Positions 25,029-37,354 of a stretch of DNA of 64,000 nt are shown here, piece by piece (the stretch's first letter is position 1; each line of letters opens with the position of its first letter). The stretch comes from Epiperipatus broadwayi (lineage: Eukaryota > Animalia > Onychophora): the NCBI GenBank assembly GCA_028023455.1, contig JAQFVV010000001.1, forward strand, positions 26,598,001 to 26,662,000, given 5' to 3'. Made by a program: the position numbers and the translations under genes. The notes beneath the pieces were generated by a model, which saw only the letters and a program-made list of their open reading frames with translations, did not search any database and was not told where the DNA came from.

Positions 25029-27360
25029 TAACATTTTTATCAGACATCTGTTCACCAACTTGGCTACCTTAACATAATGGGCTCCCCCAAAGTCCAACAT
25101 TAATCTTAGTGGGATTTGTGGCTTATGCGTCTTTGCATTAGCAAAAATTCCTGGTGGTATTGTAGCTGAAGGATATAATTTGTAATATTCAGACTTTGAG
25201 AAAGCTTTATTACAGTGTGCCTGCAAAATCGAAGGTATAAACCTTTCTCTATTTATTTTGATATTAAACTTCTGCATTCTCTGAAACTTTAGTTTATTGA
25301 TCTGAGCATTTACTTTCTGAATATAATCTTCATTCTTCATTATTACAATCCTGTTGCCTTTGGTAAACAGATAGAGATAATTTTGTGCAGGTGGTCTAAA
25401 TGCATAAACTACAAATTATTTCATTTTCATATGAATGATTGGGATGAGAATATAGAAAACACCAAACTATTTCTTAAGAATGAAAAGATCATGTGCGTGA
25501 GAGAAGATAAAGGCAACCGGTTTGTAATAATAAAGAATGAAGACTATATTCAGAAAGTAAACATGCAGATCAATAAACTAAAGTTTCAGTGAATGCAGAA
25601 ATTTTAACATCAAGTAAATAGAGAAAGGTTTATACATTCGATTTTGCGGGCACACTGTAATAAGCCTTTTTCAAAATCTGAATATTACAGATTATACCCT
25701 TCAGCTACAATACCGCCACGAATTTTTGGTAATGCAAAGACGCATAAGCCACAAACCCCATTAAAATTAATGTTGGACTTTTGGGGCAACCCATTACTTT
25801 AAGGGTGTTTTGGAGGTTGCACAGTAAAGTCTTCATTTGAGTTTGTGTCAAAAATCAAGAACATACAAATAAATGCAGACACAAGGTTAGCAGCTATGGA
25901 CATAACTGAGTTGTATGGTTTCATCAACAGACCAAAATCTACAGATATCATAAAGGAAGCATTGGCTCACAGGAATATAGAGCAAGCCTGGATTATGTTT
26001 ATAATTGAGTTCTTAAGTTGGCTACATAATAATATAATGGCAATGTTTAATGGGGAGTGATACTATATGAAGGATGTATGGCCTATGGGCCTTCCAATTA
26101 GTGGAATCACCACCAGCATTGTAATTGACTAGCATGAACAACATATCTTGCCAAAATATGACAATTCATCAGATTTTTAAATCTACACTAGATATGTAAA
26201 TGATCTGTTTATAGTTGCCAACACTGATGTCATTAATGAAATCAAACGTGAACTTCAGAACAGCTCTCTCTTGATTTTAAACATGGAATGGGAAGATCTT
26301 AACAAGCAAGTAAAATATCTAGATTTGTTGGTTCAACGTAAACACACCTATGGGCCTCCACCAGCATTGTAATTGACCAGCATGAACAACATATCTTGCC
26401 AAAATATGACAACTTATCAGATTTTTAAATCTACACTAGATATGTAAATGATCTGTTTATAGTTGCCAACACTGATGTCATTAATGAAATCAAAAGTGAA
26501 CTTCAGAACCGCTCTCTCTTGATTTTAAACATGGAATGGGAAGATTTTAACAAGCAAGTAAAATATCTAGATTTTTTGGTTCAATGTAAACACACACACT
26601 TGACATATAAAATGTTTGTGAAGCCATTTGAAGTAAAAGGCCATAACCAGCCCAGTTCCATTACGCCCACCAGCCATAAATTAGCTAAGCTCATGATCTT
26701 TTCTGCACAGGAACCAATAGCTGTGTAAGTTAGATGCAGACAGAAAGACAAATTTAATATTATACAGGGAAGACTTATTGAAGATGGGGTTCAAACACAG
26801 GCTGATTGACAGAAGGATCATACATCTCAACAATAAAGTAACCAACAATACACCCAATAGGGATACACACAAGCTGCTATTGCCATACATTTCTAATTTA
26901 CATAATAAATTTTATAAAATTTTTAACAGACAGTTTCAACTAACTTTTCGCACCCCCCAGTTCTAACAGATTGTCTTAACAATACGAAAGATAAACTAAC
27001 ACTAGCTCAAACACTTCAAGCCGTTTATAATATTGCATGCACTCATGCAAATTGTAGCCTCATATTATGGGGAAACCAAGGCAGCAATAGAAACAAGATT
27101 ATTACAACAGAAATATGCATATATTAAAGCTCAGTCAGATCATTCCATTTTTGCACTTCATCAGAAACTAACAGGACACCAGTGTGAACCTCAGGTGTCA
27201 ACCTGGTCTGCAAAGAAAGGCACGATGTAAAAAAAAAAGTTAAGGAGGCCTGCTTCATTGTGATGAATTGCCATCAACCGCAAGGACACATGCTTCATGA
27301 TCTCAAAGAAATGGAGCAATTAACCTTTGAACTTAGCATAATTTGCATATAATTACTTCA

Positions 27361-27408
27361 CTTAGAGCTATGAAGATGAGAACACATCTCTTGAAAGTGC
27401 TTGCAGAG
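27361..27408 (+). ncRNA. Hammerhead-like motif in the PLE 3' end (family 2, right arm)
   Basis: CT-ATGAAGA-TGAGA-ACACA-TCTCT-TGAAA-GTGCTT-GCAGAG. Stem II (GAGA/TCTC) pairs; this is the counterpart of 22663-22710. Confidence 0.4.
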
Positions 27409-28899
27409 TAATATAATTTTATTTTGTTTTTAAGTAAAAAGAAGCTTTGCAGTCAGGTGTAATAGCGCCTATATTATTTTACAAATATATTTTCACATGC
27501 AAAGTTTTCGAGTTAGGTTTGAATTACAATATTATTTCTTTTGCTTATGACCTAATTTTAGTGCTGTAATATTAAAATTGCGCTCTGCTCAATATATACA
27601 TATATGCAAAATATTACTAGTTTTGTTAATTAAAATGTTATTTCAGTCATATTATACAATCCCACCATCATAATTTGTTAGTTCTGTATTTAAGTGGATA
27701 TGCCTAGAGGGAAATAAAGCATTCTTACTATTGTTAATTAAAATCATTTTCAATAAATATTTTGTCATATAACTAAATGTAATTTTCAACTGTTTTAATT
27801 ATTTTCATACCATTACGGTCATGAAAATAGTTTATATTATATCTGGAATGAATGTTGTGAGCGCTCCTCGAAATAATATGTTAGTCACCATGTTTCAGAA
27901 CTGTAAATCAAAGCATTAATGGAAATATTATGTAATCCTTTTAATAAATGATCGGCATCTTAATATAGGACTCTCCAAAGATATTTTAATGTATAGTATA
28001 TGTCATTTAATTAATAAAAGAACATATAAGAAATAATAGCGTGATATGTAATTATCTACCATTTGGTAAACTGCTTGCTCATTCACGCACATACTAATGT
28101 ATGCAGTTATTCAGAATGTATAGAATTTGTCATTATATTAAACTAATTTTTGTCTAACTTGTTTGAGTAGTTTGAATTCTTTTTTCTCCACTTCCACATG
28201 TATAACTACATATATGAATATTTTAATTTAGTTAATATTGAGTCTCATTGTCTTCTCTGCTCTGCTAGTGGGTCGGATTTAAAATAAATTCTTGTATGCT
28301 ATTATTATGTTATTCATTAAATATTTGATCTGGGGCTTATGGATTGGGTTCGAATTCAGGTTGGTCCCTAACCTAAATCTCAGGCTTACTAGGTTTGAAG
28401 TACATTTTGTGAGTTCCAGCTCATATTAGATGGATAAACATGTTTAGACCGATACAAAACACAAATATATTCCAAATTAATGCAAGATGTATCAACCAGC
28501 TATTGTTTTATATTGCACATAGATTTGAAATTGGAAATTTTATAAAATATATATGTAATGTTTTTCTTGCTCACGGGTGACTGGTACCTCAGGGTGACTC
28601 AATAAGGCTAAGAGTCATATAAATTTTGTCATCAGGGATAGAGAAAAAGGTTTACAAAGGAAGAACACATCATTTTAAAGTCTTAACTTAAAATTTAGAT
28701 TTAGATTGGATGCGAGCAATGAAATGAAAAAGGCAAGGCCAATATATATATATTGAAATATAAAATCAAACCTGGCACATAAATTAAATACAATCATGAA
28801 TCCATACATTTTTTTTTTAAGAATATGGTTTGAGTTAAAGAAGAATAAGAAAGGCATATTTAGTAATGTTTATTATTATGTGTTAAAATTTTATATATG

Positions 28900-31110
28900 T
28901 GTTAAAATATTGAGCAGGGAAGTACCTAAGATGGCATTTGTTACATAGAGAGGAAAATTAAGGATAGGATAGGTTAAGGAAATATGTAGTGCTGGAAATC
29001 AGAAATCAAAATGGGCCATTCCCAAAAAAGGGAAATGGCAATAGCCATATAGAAAGTGATCATAGTTAAAAGAAATTTAAAACATTAAAACAAAAGAATA
29101 TAAAACCCAGTATAGATGGATAGCAATAAGGAGAAAGAAATAGAAGGGAAAGTAGGGGAAAAGAAATGGAAGAAGTAAATGGGAACTTGGAAATGGGGGA
29201 AGGGTCCTTAGAAAGCAAGTAACTCTAAAGGAACCATCCAAGGTAGTCAGAGAAGAAAAGTCATAAAAAAAGGTGAAGGGCAAGGGAATAACACCGAGAT
29301 CTGGAAAGGAAATTTGTCGAAGTTAGCAGTATAGAAGATGGACAAAGGAAAGTGAGCACAGGCCAGTATGCAGAAGGAGAAAACATGGAAAGTCCCATAA
29401 CACTTAAGGAACCATATGGGGTAATCCAAGATCAAGGATCAGTAAGGAATAAAAAGAGAGAACTAGATGATAAGTTGGAGGCCTGGATGAAAAGAATAAT
29501 GCAAAACTTGACAGCTAAAGACCAACAGAATATGGCCAATTTCCAAAAGAAATATAAAAGAATGGTGGAAAAATACAAATAAGATTATGTCAGCAGGGAA
29601 ATAAAAGAATAGAGAAAAGAAATTGTACAAAATAAGTTAGAAATGGAGTAAATAGATAGACAGGCAGAGAAAAGGCTGCAGAAAGGGTTTGAAGGATTGA
29701 AGATAAACTGTCATCAGAAATATGACAAAATATATGTGAAATCCACCAGGCTCCTAAGCAAGAATCAGGAGGAGACCAATGATACCATACCAACACTCAG
29801 AAATGAATTCAAAACCACCAGAGATAAAGTGGAGAGGCAGGAAACATTCTTAAAGGAGGCAGTTGTCAATATTAGGGAAATGGCTGATAAACCAGAAGAA
29901 CACCATCAAACACTTACAATAGTCATGCGAGGAAATGCAGAACAACTACATGAGATGAACGGAAGCATCACCCAAGAGAACAAAGTATCTACCAAAGAAA
30001 GAGCTGAGATAAGGAGTGATATACAGAGTTTGAAAAAAGGCCTCGAGATGGTAGGAGTAATAGTAGGGGGAACAGAGAAAGAAATAAAAGGTGCAAAAAA
30101 GGAAGCAGGCCCCCCATTGACTTCATCATGACCAAGCAAGATATTTTAGATAATGGTTGGAAACAGGCCTGGGGTTTCAGAAATCGAAACCCAACATGAA
30201 TAAGACAAGCAAGACAGTATAGGAACAGGTCAGAAATGCGAACAGGATCCCTTAAATGCAAAAGAAATCAAATGGGATGTATTGAATATAGAAAGGAGGA
30301 AAGAATGATATAGCTTTTGAACTAGAAAGAATTGAGCAGGGTAGCATGGAGATGAAGGGTCGAGATGAGGAGAATCATTTTCAAGTAGGAGAAACCAATC
30401 AGGAGACCTGAGATGAAGATCAGGTTGACCATAGTGCAGTAGAGACAAGGAATGTGTCCGAACAGGAAATTGTGAAGGAAAAAATAGCCAAAGAACAAGA
30501 TGTCTGGGCTGATCTAGGAACAGATGTAGAGACAGAGGATAAGAAGGACATTTGTGTCAGAGTAGATGAGGAGAAAGAAGATGTGGTAGAAAGTCATGAT
30601 GGGAATATAGAGAATAGCATTGGATGCACTGAGTTGGGACCAGTAAAGGAATTAAGGAATAAAGCTGGTGGGGAGAGAAGACAGGAATACATTCGAACAA
30701 AAGAAATATAGATACCTAGCATGTGAATCAGACCAAAACCAAGTGCAAGTAAGAGAAAAAATAAATGGATGAAGTTGAGCTTGAGGAGTAGGATAGAGGA
30801 CCACCAATGTGAAAGTGGTAACATAGGAAGAAGACACAGAGGCTAAGGTAGTTGTCAGAGCCTAGTGGGACAAAATGATCTTTGAGGGAGAGTAGTGAAG
30901 ATGGTGCCAGAACATAAATGGGAAGGATGGCATGGAAAAAAAAGAGAATGTGCATATATCTTCAGAACAGGAAATCAGAAAAGGGTTCGAACTTGGAGGC
31001 CAAGAAAGAAATGTATGTGTTCAGAAATGATTCAAGTAGGAATCATATCAAACCCAGTAGAAATGTGAGAAGCATGGAAGCTCCCTGGGGTGCAGTAAAC
31101 CCTATGGATT
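28900..31110 (+). mobile_element. Decayed retroelement gag/ORF1-like coiled-coil region
   Basis: The plus strand is strongly A/G-skewed, with collinear broken charged, coiled-coil-like ORFs (29352-29582, 29697-30131, 30454-30711), and abuts LTR-like copy 2. No diagnostic motif was recognised. Confidence 0.45.
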
Positions 31111-31169
31111 AAAAGTATTCCAGAATAAACCACCAGATCCCATTTAAACAGAATGATCCTATCATTCAT

Positions 31170-32053
31170 GGATCTGGCTCCCCAACAGTATTGATACAGA
31201 AGCCCGTGAACAATTATTCACTTGCACTATGACTTTAATTTAGTATTAACATAGTCTATAGATGCGACCCTAAAACTAACCTGTTCTTTTCCCTCCTTAT
31301 AATTAATACTTCAGCATTAGTCTGAACTCATAATATAGATTACTAGGTTGAATCTATACATTGAGTTTATTAAATTGCTCATTTGATAATGTATTTATAA
31401 CAATCACCTTAATGTGTATATAATAATCATCCTGGCTAGAGTTTTAGCTTATAAGCTTGGCAAAGCAAACAAAGAATAGTTTGGCATATTAGAATATAAT
31501 AGACATAAATAGTTTGGCATACTAGAATATAATAGGCATGATTTATTAACCACAAATTAAAATAATCTCATCATTTCTGTAATACCTGTATGCATTAATT
31601 ATACATATCCTAAAATTAAGTAATTAATGTTCTTTTGTTTTGCTTGAGTTAGTTAATTATTTATTTTAATAAATTTATATAAAATATAAATTGTTTCACG
31701 TCTTTTTACTCGCAATTCAACTCCAAGTTACCAAATTCTGGTATTTTATATGTATATATGCATTCTTTTAGTTAAGTCTTAGCATGTTAAGTAGTTTATT
31801 TAGCTTTTATTTATATTTAAAATTGTTAATTTTCCCCTGAGTCTCATGTTTCTCCCTTTGCTCAGTCAGTTCGCTGAAGAAATTGAGACTAACATCAGAA
31901 ATGTCATTCATAAGGTGTTAAATCACAGAGTATTGGTAAATGAATTGAAGTTTGGTCAAATTCAAGGTCTCACCATCTCATCTTGATCAGCTTTGGTGTA
32001 TTTTGCCTAGATTCTGGATTTTGTTATATGAATGTACAAATCTGACCATTACA
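31170..32053 (+). mobile_element. LTR-like dispersed repeat, copy 2
   Basis: Aligns with 18630-19170 and 19780-20000, and ends ...AAATCTGACCATTACA. Confidence 0.55.
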
Positions 32054-32185
32054 ATATTAATCTTAAATTTATGAAAATAAATATAGATGAAAGATTGCAG
32101 GAAGAATTAATAATTAATTAAAAGAAGACTGATTTCTCTTTGAGGAATTAAAGAAAATGAACAAAGCAAATTTCTAATGTTCACT

Positions 32186-32749
32186 CCATATATTCTTGTT
32201 ATTAATGCTATTATTATTAAATTATTAAGTCATTATTCATATAATACATATAAATGGAAGATAGCTCACCAACACATTTCAATCAGCACAGTACACTTAG
32301 TTCTCAGTTTTAAGACCAAAAACCCAATAAACTTTGTTTTCAGTTGCCTAATAATTCTTAAGTAATATTTACTAAGGCAATAAACATTTAAGCATGTGCG
32401 CTTAAAAATGCAAAGGTAGGGACCTCTACAGGTCTTAACCACAAGCTTACTCTTTGGAAAAAAAGAGCCATATATTCTTGTTATTAATGCTATTATTATT
32501 AAATTATTAAGTCATTATTCATATAATACATATAAATGGAAGATAGCTCACCAACACATTTCAATCAGCACAGTACACTTAGTTCTCAGTTTTAAGACCA
32601 AAAACCCAATAAACTTTGTTTTCAGTTGCCTAATAATTCTTAAGTAATATTTACTAAGGCAATAAACATTTAAGCATGTGCGCTTAAAAATGCAAAGGTA
32701 GGGACCTCTACAGGTCTTAACCACAAGCTTACTCTTTGGAAAAAAAGAG
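32186..32749. repeat. Apparently perfect 282-bp tandem duplication
   Basis: 32186-32467 is repeated at 32468-32749 (CCATATATTCTTG...GGAAAAAAAGAG). No difference was seen by eye. Confidence 0.95.
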
Positions 32750-33052
32750 GGGGACCCTTCTTTACTTCAACCTACTTTCTATATAAATAGGTGAAGCTGA
32801 AGCGGTTAGAACTGAGAGCGTGATGCTATTCAATACTTCACTAAGTCCACAATTCCTATTACCCACCAGTACTAGCGAAATCTTTTGATTTACTAGTCAA
32901 TGGAAAGACCTTATAGTTAGAAATCTATTATGATAATTTAAAGTTGTAAATATAAATTTATTTTACAGCATATTAAGACCTGTAGAAGTCCCTATCTTCA
33001 CATTTTCAAGTGCAAATGCTTAAAGGTTTATTGCCTTAGTAAATATTACTTA
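32641..33052. mobile_element. MITE with ~80-bp imperfect TIRs
   Basis: TAAGTAATATTTACTAAGGCAATAAAC...CTACAGGTCTTAA (32641-32720) is the reverse complement of TTAAGACCTGTAG...GTTTATTGCCTTAGTAAATATTACTTA (32973-33052). Confidence 0.85.
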
Positions 33053-33580
33053 CGTAATCGATGTGTGGTAAAATAAATTTATAATAATTCTTAAATAAAA
33101 CTTGAATTAAGGTTTTTTAAAGATAAAATGAATGAGTATATGTGTATGTGAGTAAACAGGTTATATGTGAATGAATGAGTTATATCTATTATCATAACGG
33201 ATAAAATTAAATTATGGACTCATTTACCTGTCAAAATAATACTATAGTTTAGTTCTCTTTTATCAATTTTATCCAATTGGTCATTAGACATTACACTAGT
33301 AAAAACAAATCATCTACAGCTTTATTTAAGGTACTTGATGCTATTAATTATAAAATTAAAAGCCACTTCTTGTAACCCTGCTTTTGTTCCTTTAATTATA
33401 TCTCATATGCACAAATATATGCATACTCAATCTATTTTGGCTGAGTGTGTTTCTACCAAAAAGTCCAAAATTTTCTTGGCTCAACCTCATAACTGGTCAA
33501 AAATGTATATTCACTGGGCTCTTGTAAATAAAAAATCCACAAAGTCAGACATTATGTTTAAGCTGAAATCTTTAACCGAA

Positions 33581-33768
33581 AGCATTCATCCTGGTTCTCA
33601 TCAAATTCCTAAATACCTTCTCTTGCATATTAGTTTTTTTTACAGTATCAATCATTATGAACTTGTTTGATTTATAGCATTCATCCTGGATCTCATGCAA
33701 ATCCTAAATACCTTCTCTTGCAGATTAGTATTTTTACAGTATCAATTATTATGAACTTGCTTGATTTT
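33581..33768. repeat. 95-bp tandem duplication (imperfect)
   Basis: AGCATTCATCCTGG...ATTATGAACTTG occurs at 33581 and 33676. Confidence 0.9.
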
Positions 33769-33949
33769 CTTTCTAAGTAAATTTATCATATTGATAGGCT
33801 GTATCCAATTTCCTAAGTTCCATTTCTCAAGCAAAATACTCTTCACTTTCCTCTTAATAATCTTAACAAAAATATTGACACTATCATTAAGGATAAGATA
33901 CAGCCTATTATTCTGTCTTCCATCTCAAACTATCAGTTTCCTAACAAGT

Positions 33950-34350
33950 GTGCTTCTATCCCATCACGGTTTAAACTTGTTCTTGACAGAGTTAGAGCCA
34001 CTACAACAGCTGGTCTCATAGTAGTACAACTTGATATTTTGTCAGCTTTTGATTCTGGTCCTACTGATATTCACTTTGAATATTCCTATTCTCATTTTCT
34101 ACATTTTAGCTAATTTAATGAATAGAGAAATTTTTTATCACTCTTAATGGCAAAGTTAAGCTAGGATTCACACCCTATAACTCTATTCCTCGGGGTTTAC
34201 CTTTGAATGCTGTTTTTTATTACTTATATATAAATTCATGAGAAGAAATTTTCTGTTATCTATATTCAGCTGCTTGATAAAGCAATTAAGCTTATATTGT
34301 TCATGGATGATTTTATCATTTTTCTCCCCTCTAAGAAGTACCTTCTTTCA
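33950..34350 (-). mobile_element. Possible Ty3/gypsy RNase H relic
   Basis: Minus-strand pieces GIEL*GV, SDKKFL and EYFKVNI/SVGPESKADKISS loosely follow ELLAV...TDHKPL...EYxFxIxYxPGxxNxxADxLSR. Heavily decayed. Confidence 0.3.
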
Positions 34351-34590
34351 CTTATTTCTATTTTGGAAAATTATACAGCACATTATAAACATTAGTTTAA
34401 CCTTAAGAAGTCAGCCACATGGAGCATATTCTCAGGTAATGTTATTTCCTCTCCCTTCATTGCTCCCTCTCATAACTTTTTTGGATTTCCCATTTATAAA
34501 TTCGGTTGTTTTCTATTCCCTCGTGTCAGCTGCATGATGGCGCTATTTCTAGGTGAATTCCTAGAAATATACCATTTCAGTGGCCTACAC

Positions 34591-34695
34591 CCAACCTAAG
34601 AGGCTTCTTTCTACAATAAAACACAGAAAGGGTCCTCGCGGTGGTCTCAGCCAACCTAAGAGATTCTTTCTACGATAAAATACAGAAAGAGTCCC
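34591..34695. repeat. 60-bp tandem repeat, two copies
   Basis: CCAACCTAAGAG..TTCTTTCTAC.ATAAAA.ACAGAAAG.GTCC occurs at 34591 and 34651. Confidence 0.9.
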
Positions 34696-35059
34696 TGTCG
34701 GCTGAGCCGGTCTGGCTTTTTTCTATGCTAAAAGCACAGACAAATGCCTTTATTGGCTGCCATAATTAGTTGTATTATTAACTTTATCATAATGCTAGAA
34801 TGTCTATTTTCTCTATACTTTAGTGTGAGAGTGTGTGGATTTTAGCCTGTTGTAATTATTTAAAATTTCATTACAAAGGTTTTTTTTTTCAAGTGCTCTA
34901 ACCCACTGTTACGTTGTAACTTTATTAACAATGTCGTGAAGGTTCCATTACAAATGGGTAACCCTCAAAAATTGTTTTTAAGGGTGCAGTATGGCAGTAT
35001 TTCAACGATCACGTGAAAAGTAACGTTTTCACGAGAATTCATCCATGACAAGTTACTTT

Positions 35060-36180
35060 TGATATATACACACATACAAAAATAACCCAGTGTCTTATTA
35101 TTAATTACTGTCCAAAAAAAGAAAATTAGTTGGGTATTATTTTTACATTTATTATTTAAATAAGATTAGTTTTTATATGTACATACATTAACAAAAACAA
35201 TCCAGTTTCTGATTAATTACTATCCAAAAAAAGGAAAAGCAAATTAGTTGGGTTTGATTTTTAAATGTGGTATTTTAATTATGGTACTTTTTATATATAC
35301 ACAATAACAAAAAGAACCCACTTTCTGATTAATTATTGTCCAAAAAAAAGCAAAATAGTCGGGTATCATTTTTAAATTTAGTATTTCAATAACGGTACCT
35401 TTTTATATATACATACTAACAAAAAGAACCCACTTTCTGATTTATTACTGTCAAAAAAAAGCAAAATAGTCGGGTATCATTTTTCAATTGAGTATTTCAA
35501 TGACAGTCATTTTTATATATACACACTAACAAAAAGAACCTACTTTCTGATTAATTACTGTCCAAAAAAAAAAGCAAATTAGTTGGGTATCATTTGAAAA
35601 TTTAGTGTGAATTTTTAAATGTTGCGGGTAAATTGAATAATGTAGAATTGCATATTATTTTCTATTAAAAAAAGATTGTAACTTTGTCTATATATACACA
35701 CAAAGAAAATAAAACCCACTTTCTGATTAATTACTGTTAATACCAATAAAAAAAGTTTATTTGGGTATCATTTTTAAATTTTGTATTTAAATAATATTAC
35801 TTTTGATATTTACACACTAACAAAACAATCCACTTTCTAATTCATTACTGTCCCCCAAAAAATGCAAAATAGTCTGGTATCATTTTTAAATGTATTTAAA
35901 GAATGGTACTTTTTATATATACACACTAACAAAAAGAATCTACTTTCTGATTAATTACTGTCAAAAAAAAAAAAGCAAATTACTCGTGTATCATTTTTAA
36001 ATTTAGTGTGAATGTAGAAATTTTGTGTAAATTGAAAAATGTATAATTGCATATTATTTTCTATTACAAAAAAAAGACTGTAACTTTTTATAGATATACA
36101 CACAAACAAAAACAACCCATTTTATGATTAATTACTGTCCAAAAAATGTCAATTATTCGGGTATCATTTTTAAATTTAAT
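35060..36180. repeat. Minisatellite, ~115-120-bp unit, ~8 copies, with a recurring extra segment
   Basis: The unit is ATATATACACACTAACAAAAAGAACCCACTTTCTGATTAATTACTGTCC(A)nGCAAA.TAGT.GGGTATCATTTTTAAAT. An additional block (..AAATTGAA.AATGTA.AATTGCAT.ATT.TTTTCTATT) occurs at ~35620 and ~36020. Confidence 0.92.
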
Positions 36181-37181
36181 GTGAATTTCTAAAATTTTTG
36201 TTTTTTAAATATTAATATTATTTACTATTAGTTCCTCTAATTTCCTATTACAAAAATAAAAAAAGCCGATATTTATATAGATAGAATCACAGGCCCAGCC
36301 CGGAATCGTAATATGTATGTGTTTTTGATTAGCATCAAATGCCTGGCACAGGGAATAGAAAACAACCATAAATTCTATGAGTGCTATGAGAACATCTATT
36401 TTCACATCTTCTGAAAATATAACTAAGTTGTTATCTAAAGCATATCTTTCTCTTCATGCAAAAAATCTTCCATCAACATCCTGATTTTTCCAAGAATGAT
36501 TTACTATACGCCCATTATTGTTATACTAATGTTAAGAAGATTAATACACTTTGCTCTAAGCTGATTTGGAATAAAAGAATAGTTGCAATCAGTATTAGAA
36601 CTTTACAGAAGCATGCCAAAGACAATGGTCTCGCCTTTCACTTAGTCGCTACCTTTTATTTTCAGAGATCATTTAATACTATTTTCAAAGTTGCCTTTGC
36701 ATATCCCTAATGCTGTGAAATTTGTTCTAGTTATCCCTATTGTTAAGCCTTCACCCAGTAAAATTAATTTTTTTCATTCCTTAATCAAATCCATTGCTAC
36801 TAATATTGATCTTAATAATCACACATTCTCTAGAAAAATATTCTTTTGGGAAGCTTACAACATGGATCGTAGTGCTTGTCTCCTCAACATCTCCATCTCT
36901 CTTTACTATCATCAATAAGCAGATAATAAAAAAAAATTCAAATTCTGATATCTGGAATCAAAATACCTTAATTTCCTTAGCAAAATTAAATTAGAAACTC
37001 TCCTCCCTATTAGTCATTTCTTATCACAGAAAATGGTGCATGTTCTCTTTGTCATAAGTCTAAAAAAAAAATACATCATTTTTGTACCTATAGAAATATC
37101 ATTGAGTCAATTACCAAATTGGTGGTACTTATATTTCTACTCTCATTGATAGCATGAAATGGGGCCTTTTCCCTTCAATTA

Positions 37182-37354
37182 GGATTACTATTTTCCTTAT
37201 GTTTACCCTTTGGTTCATAAGATGCCATTTTTGCTTCAATTCTACATCTAGAAAATTACAATTACTGGGATTACCATTTTCCTTATGTTTACCCTTTGGT
37301 TCCTAAGATGCCATTTTTGCTTCAATTCTACATCTAGAAAATTACAATCACTGG
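37182..37354. repeat. 86-bp tandem duplication
   Basis: GGATTAC.ATTTTCCTTATGTTTACCCTTTGGTTC.TAAGATGCC...GAAAATTACAAT.ACTGG occurs at 37182 and 37268. Confidence 0.92.

Larger units (their letters stand above)
22588..27485. mobile_element. Nested palindrome of four Penelope-like element fragments (RT plus C-terminal GIY-YIG)
   Basis: Copy 1 (-) 24440-22588, copy 2 (+) 24441-25028, copy 3 (-) 25361-25029, copy 4 (+) 25362-27485. Motifs: EDKGNRFVIIKNEDY, PPGIFANAKTHKPQIPLR, ARDITELYGSI, GWPMGLPISG, RYVDDLF, KYLDLLV, and endonuclease YYGETKAAIETRL...HQKLTGH...KVKEACFI. Confidence 0.93.

Noticed and set aside
27250-27300. GTGATGA...CGCAA as a hammerhead core
   Set aside because: It is coding sequence of the PLE endonuclease tail (FIVMNCHQPQGH) and has no GAAA or stems.
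29077-30955. Many Leu/Phe/Ser-rich minus-strand ORFs
   Set aside because: They are antisense shadows of the purine-rich plus strand.
33335-33670. Several in-frame TGA codons on the minus strand suggesting TGA=Trp (Mollicute or mitochondrial insert)
   Set aside because: TAA also occurs in frame, no protein was recognised, and CGA/TGG decay in a TE relic explains it.
35060-36180. CRISPR-like array (also considered for 51370-51940)
   Set aside because: Whole units repeat with no unique spacers, there are no cas genes, and the context is eukaryotic.
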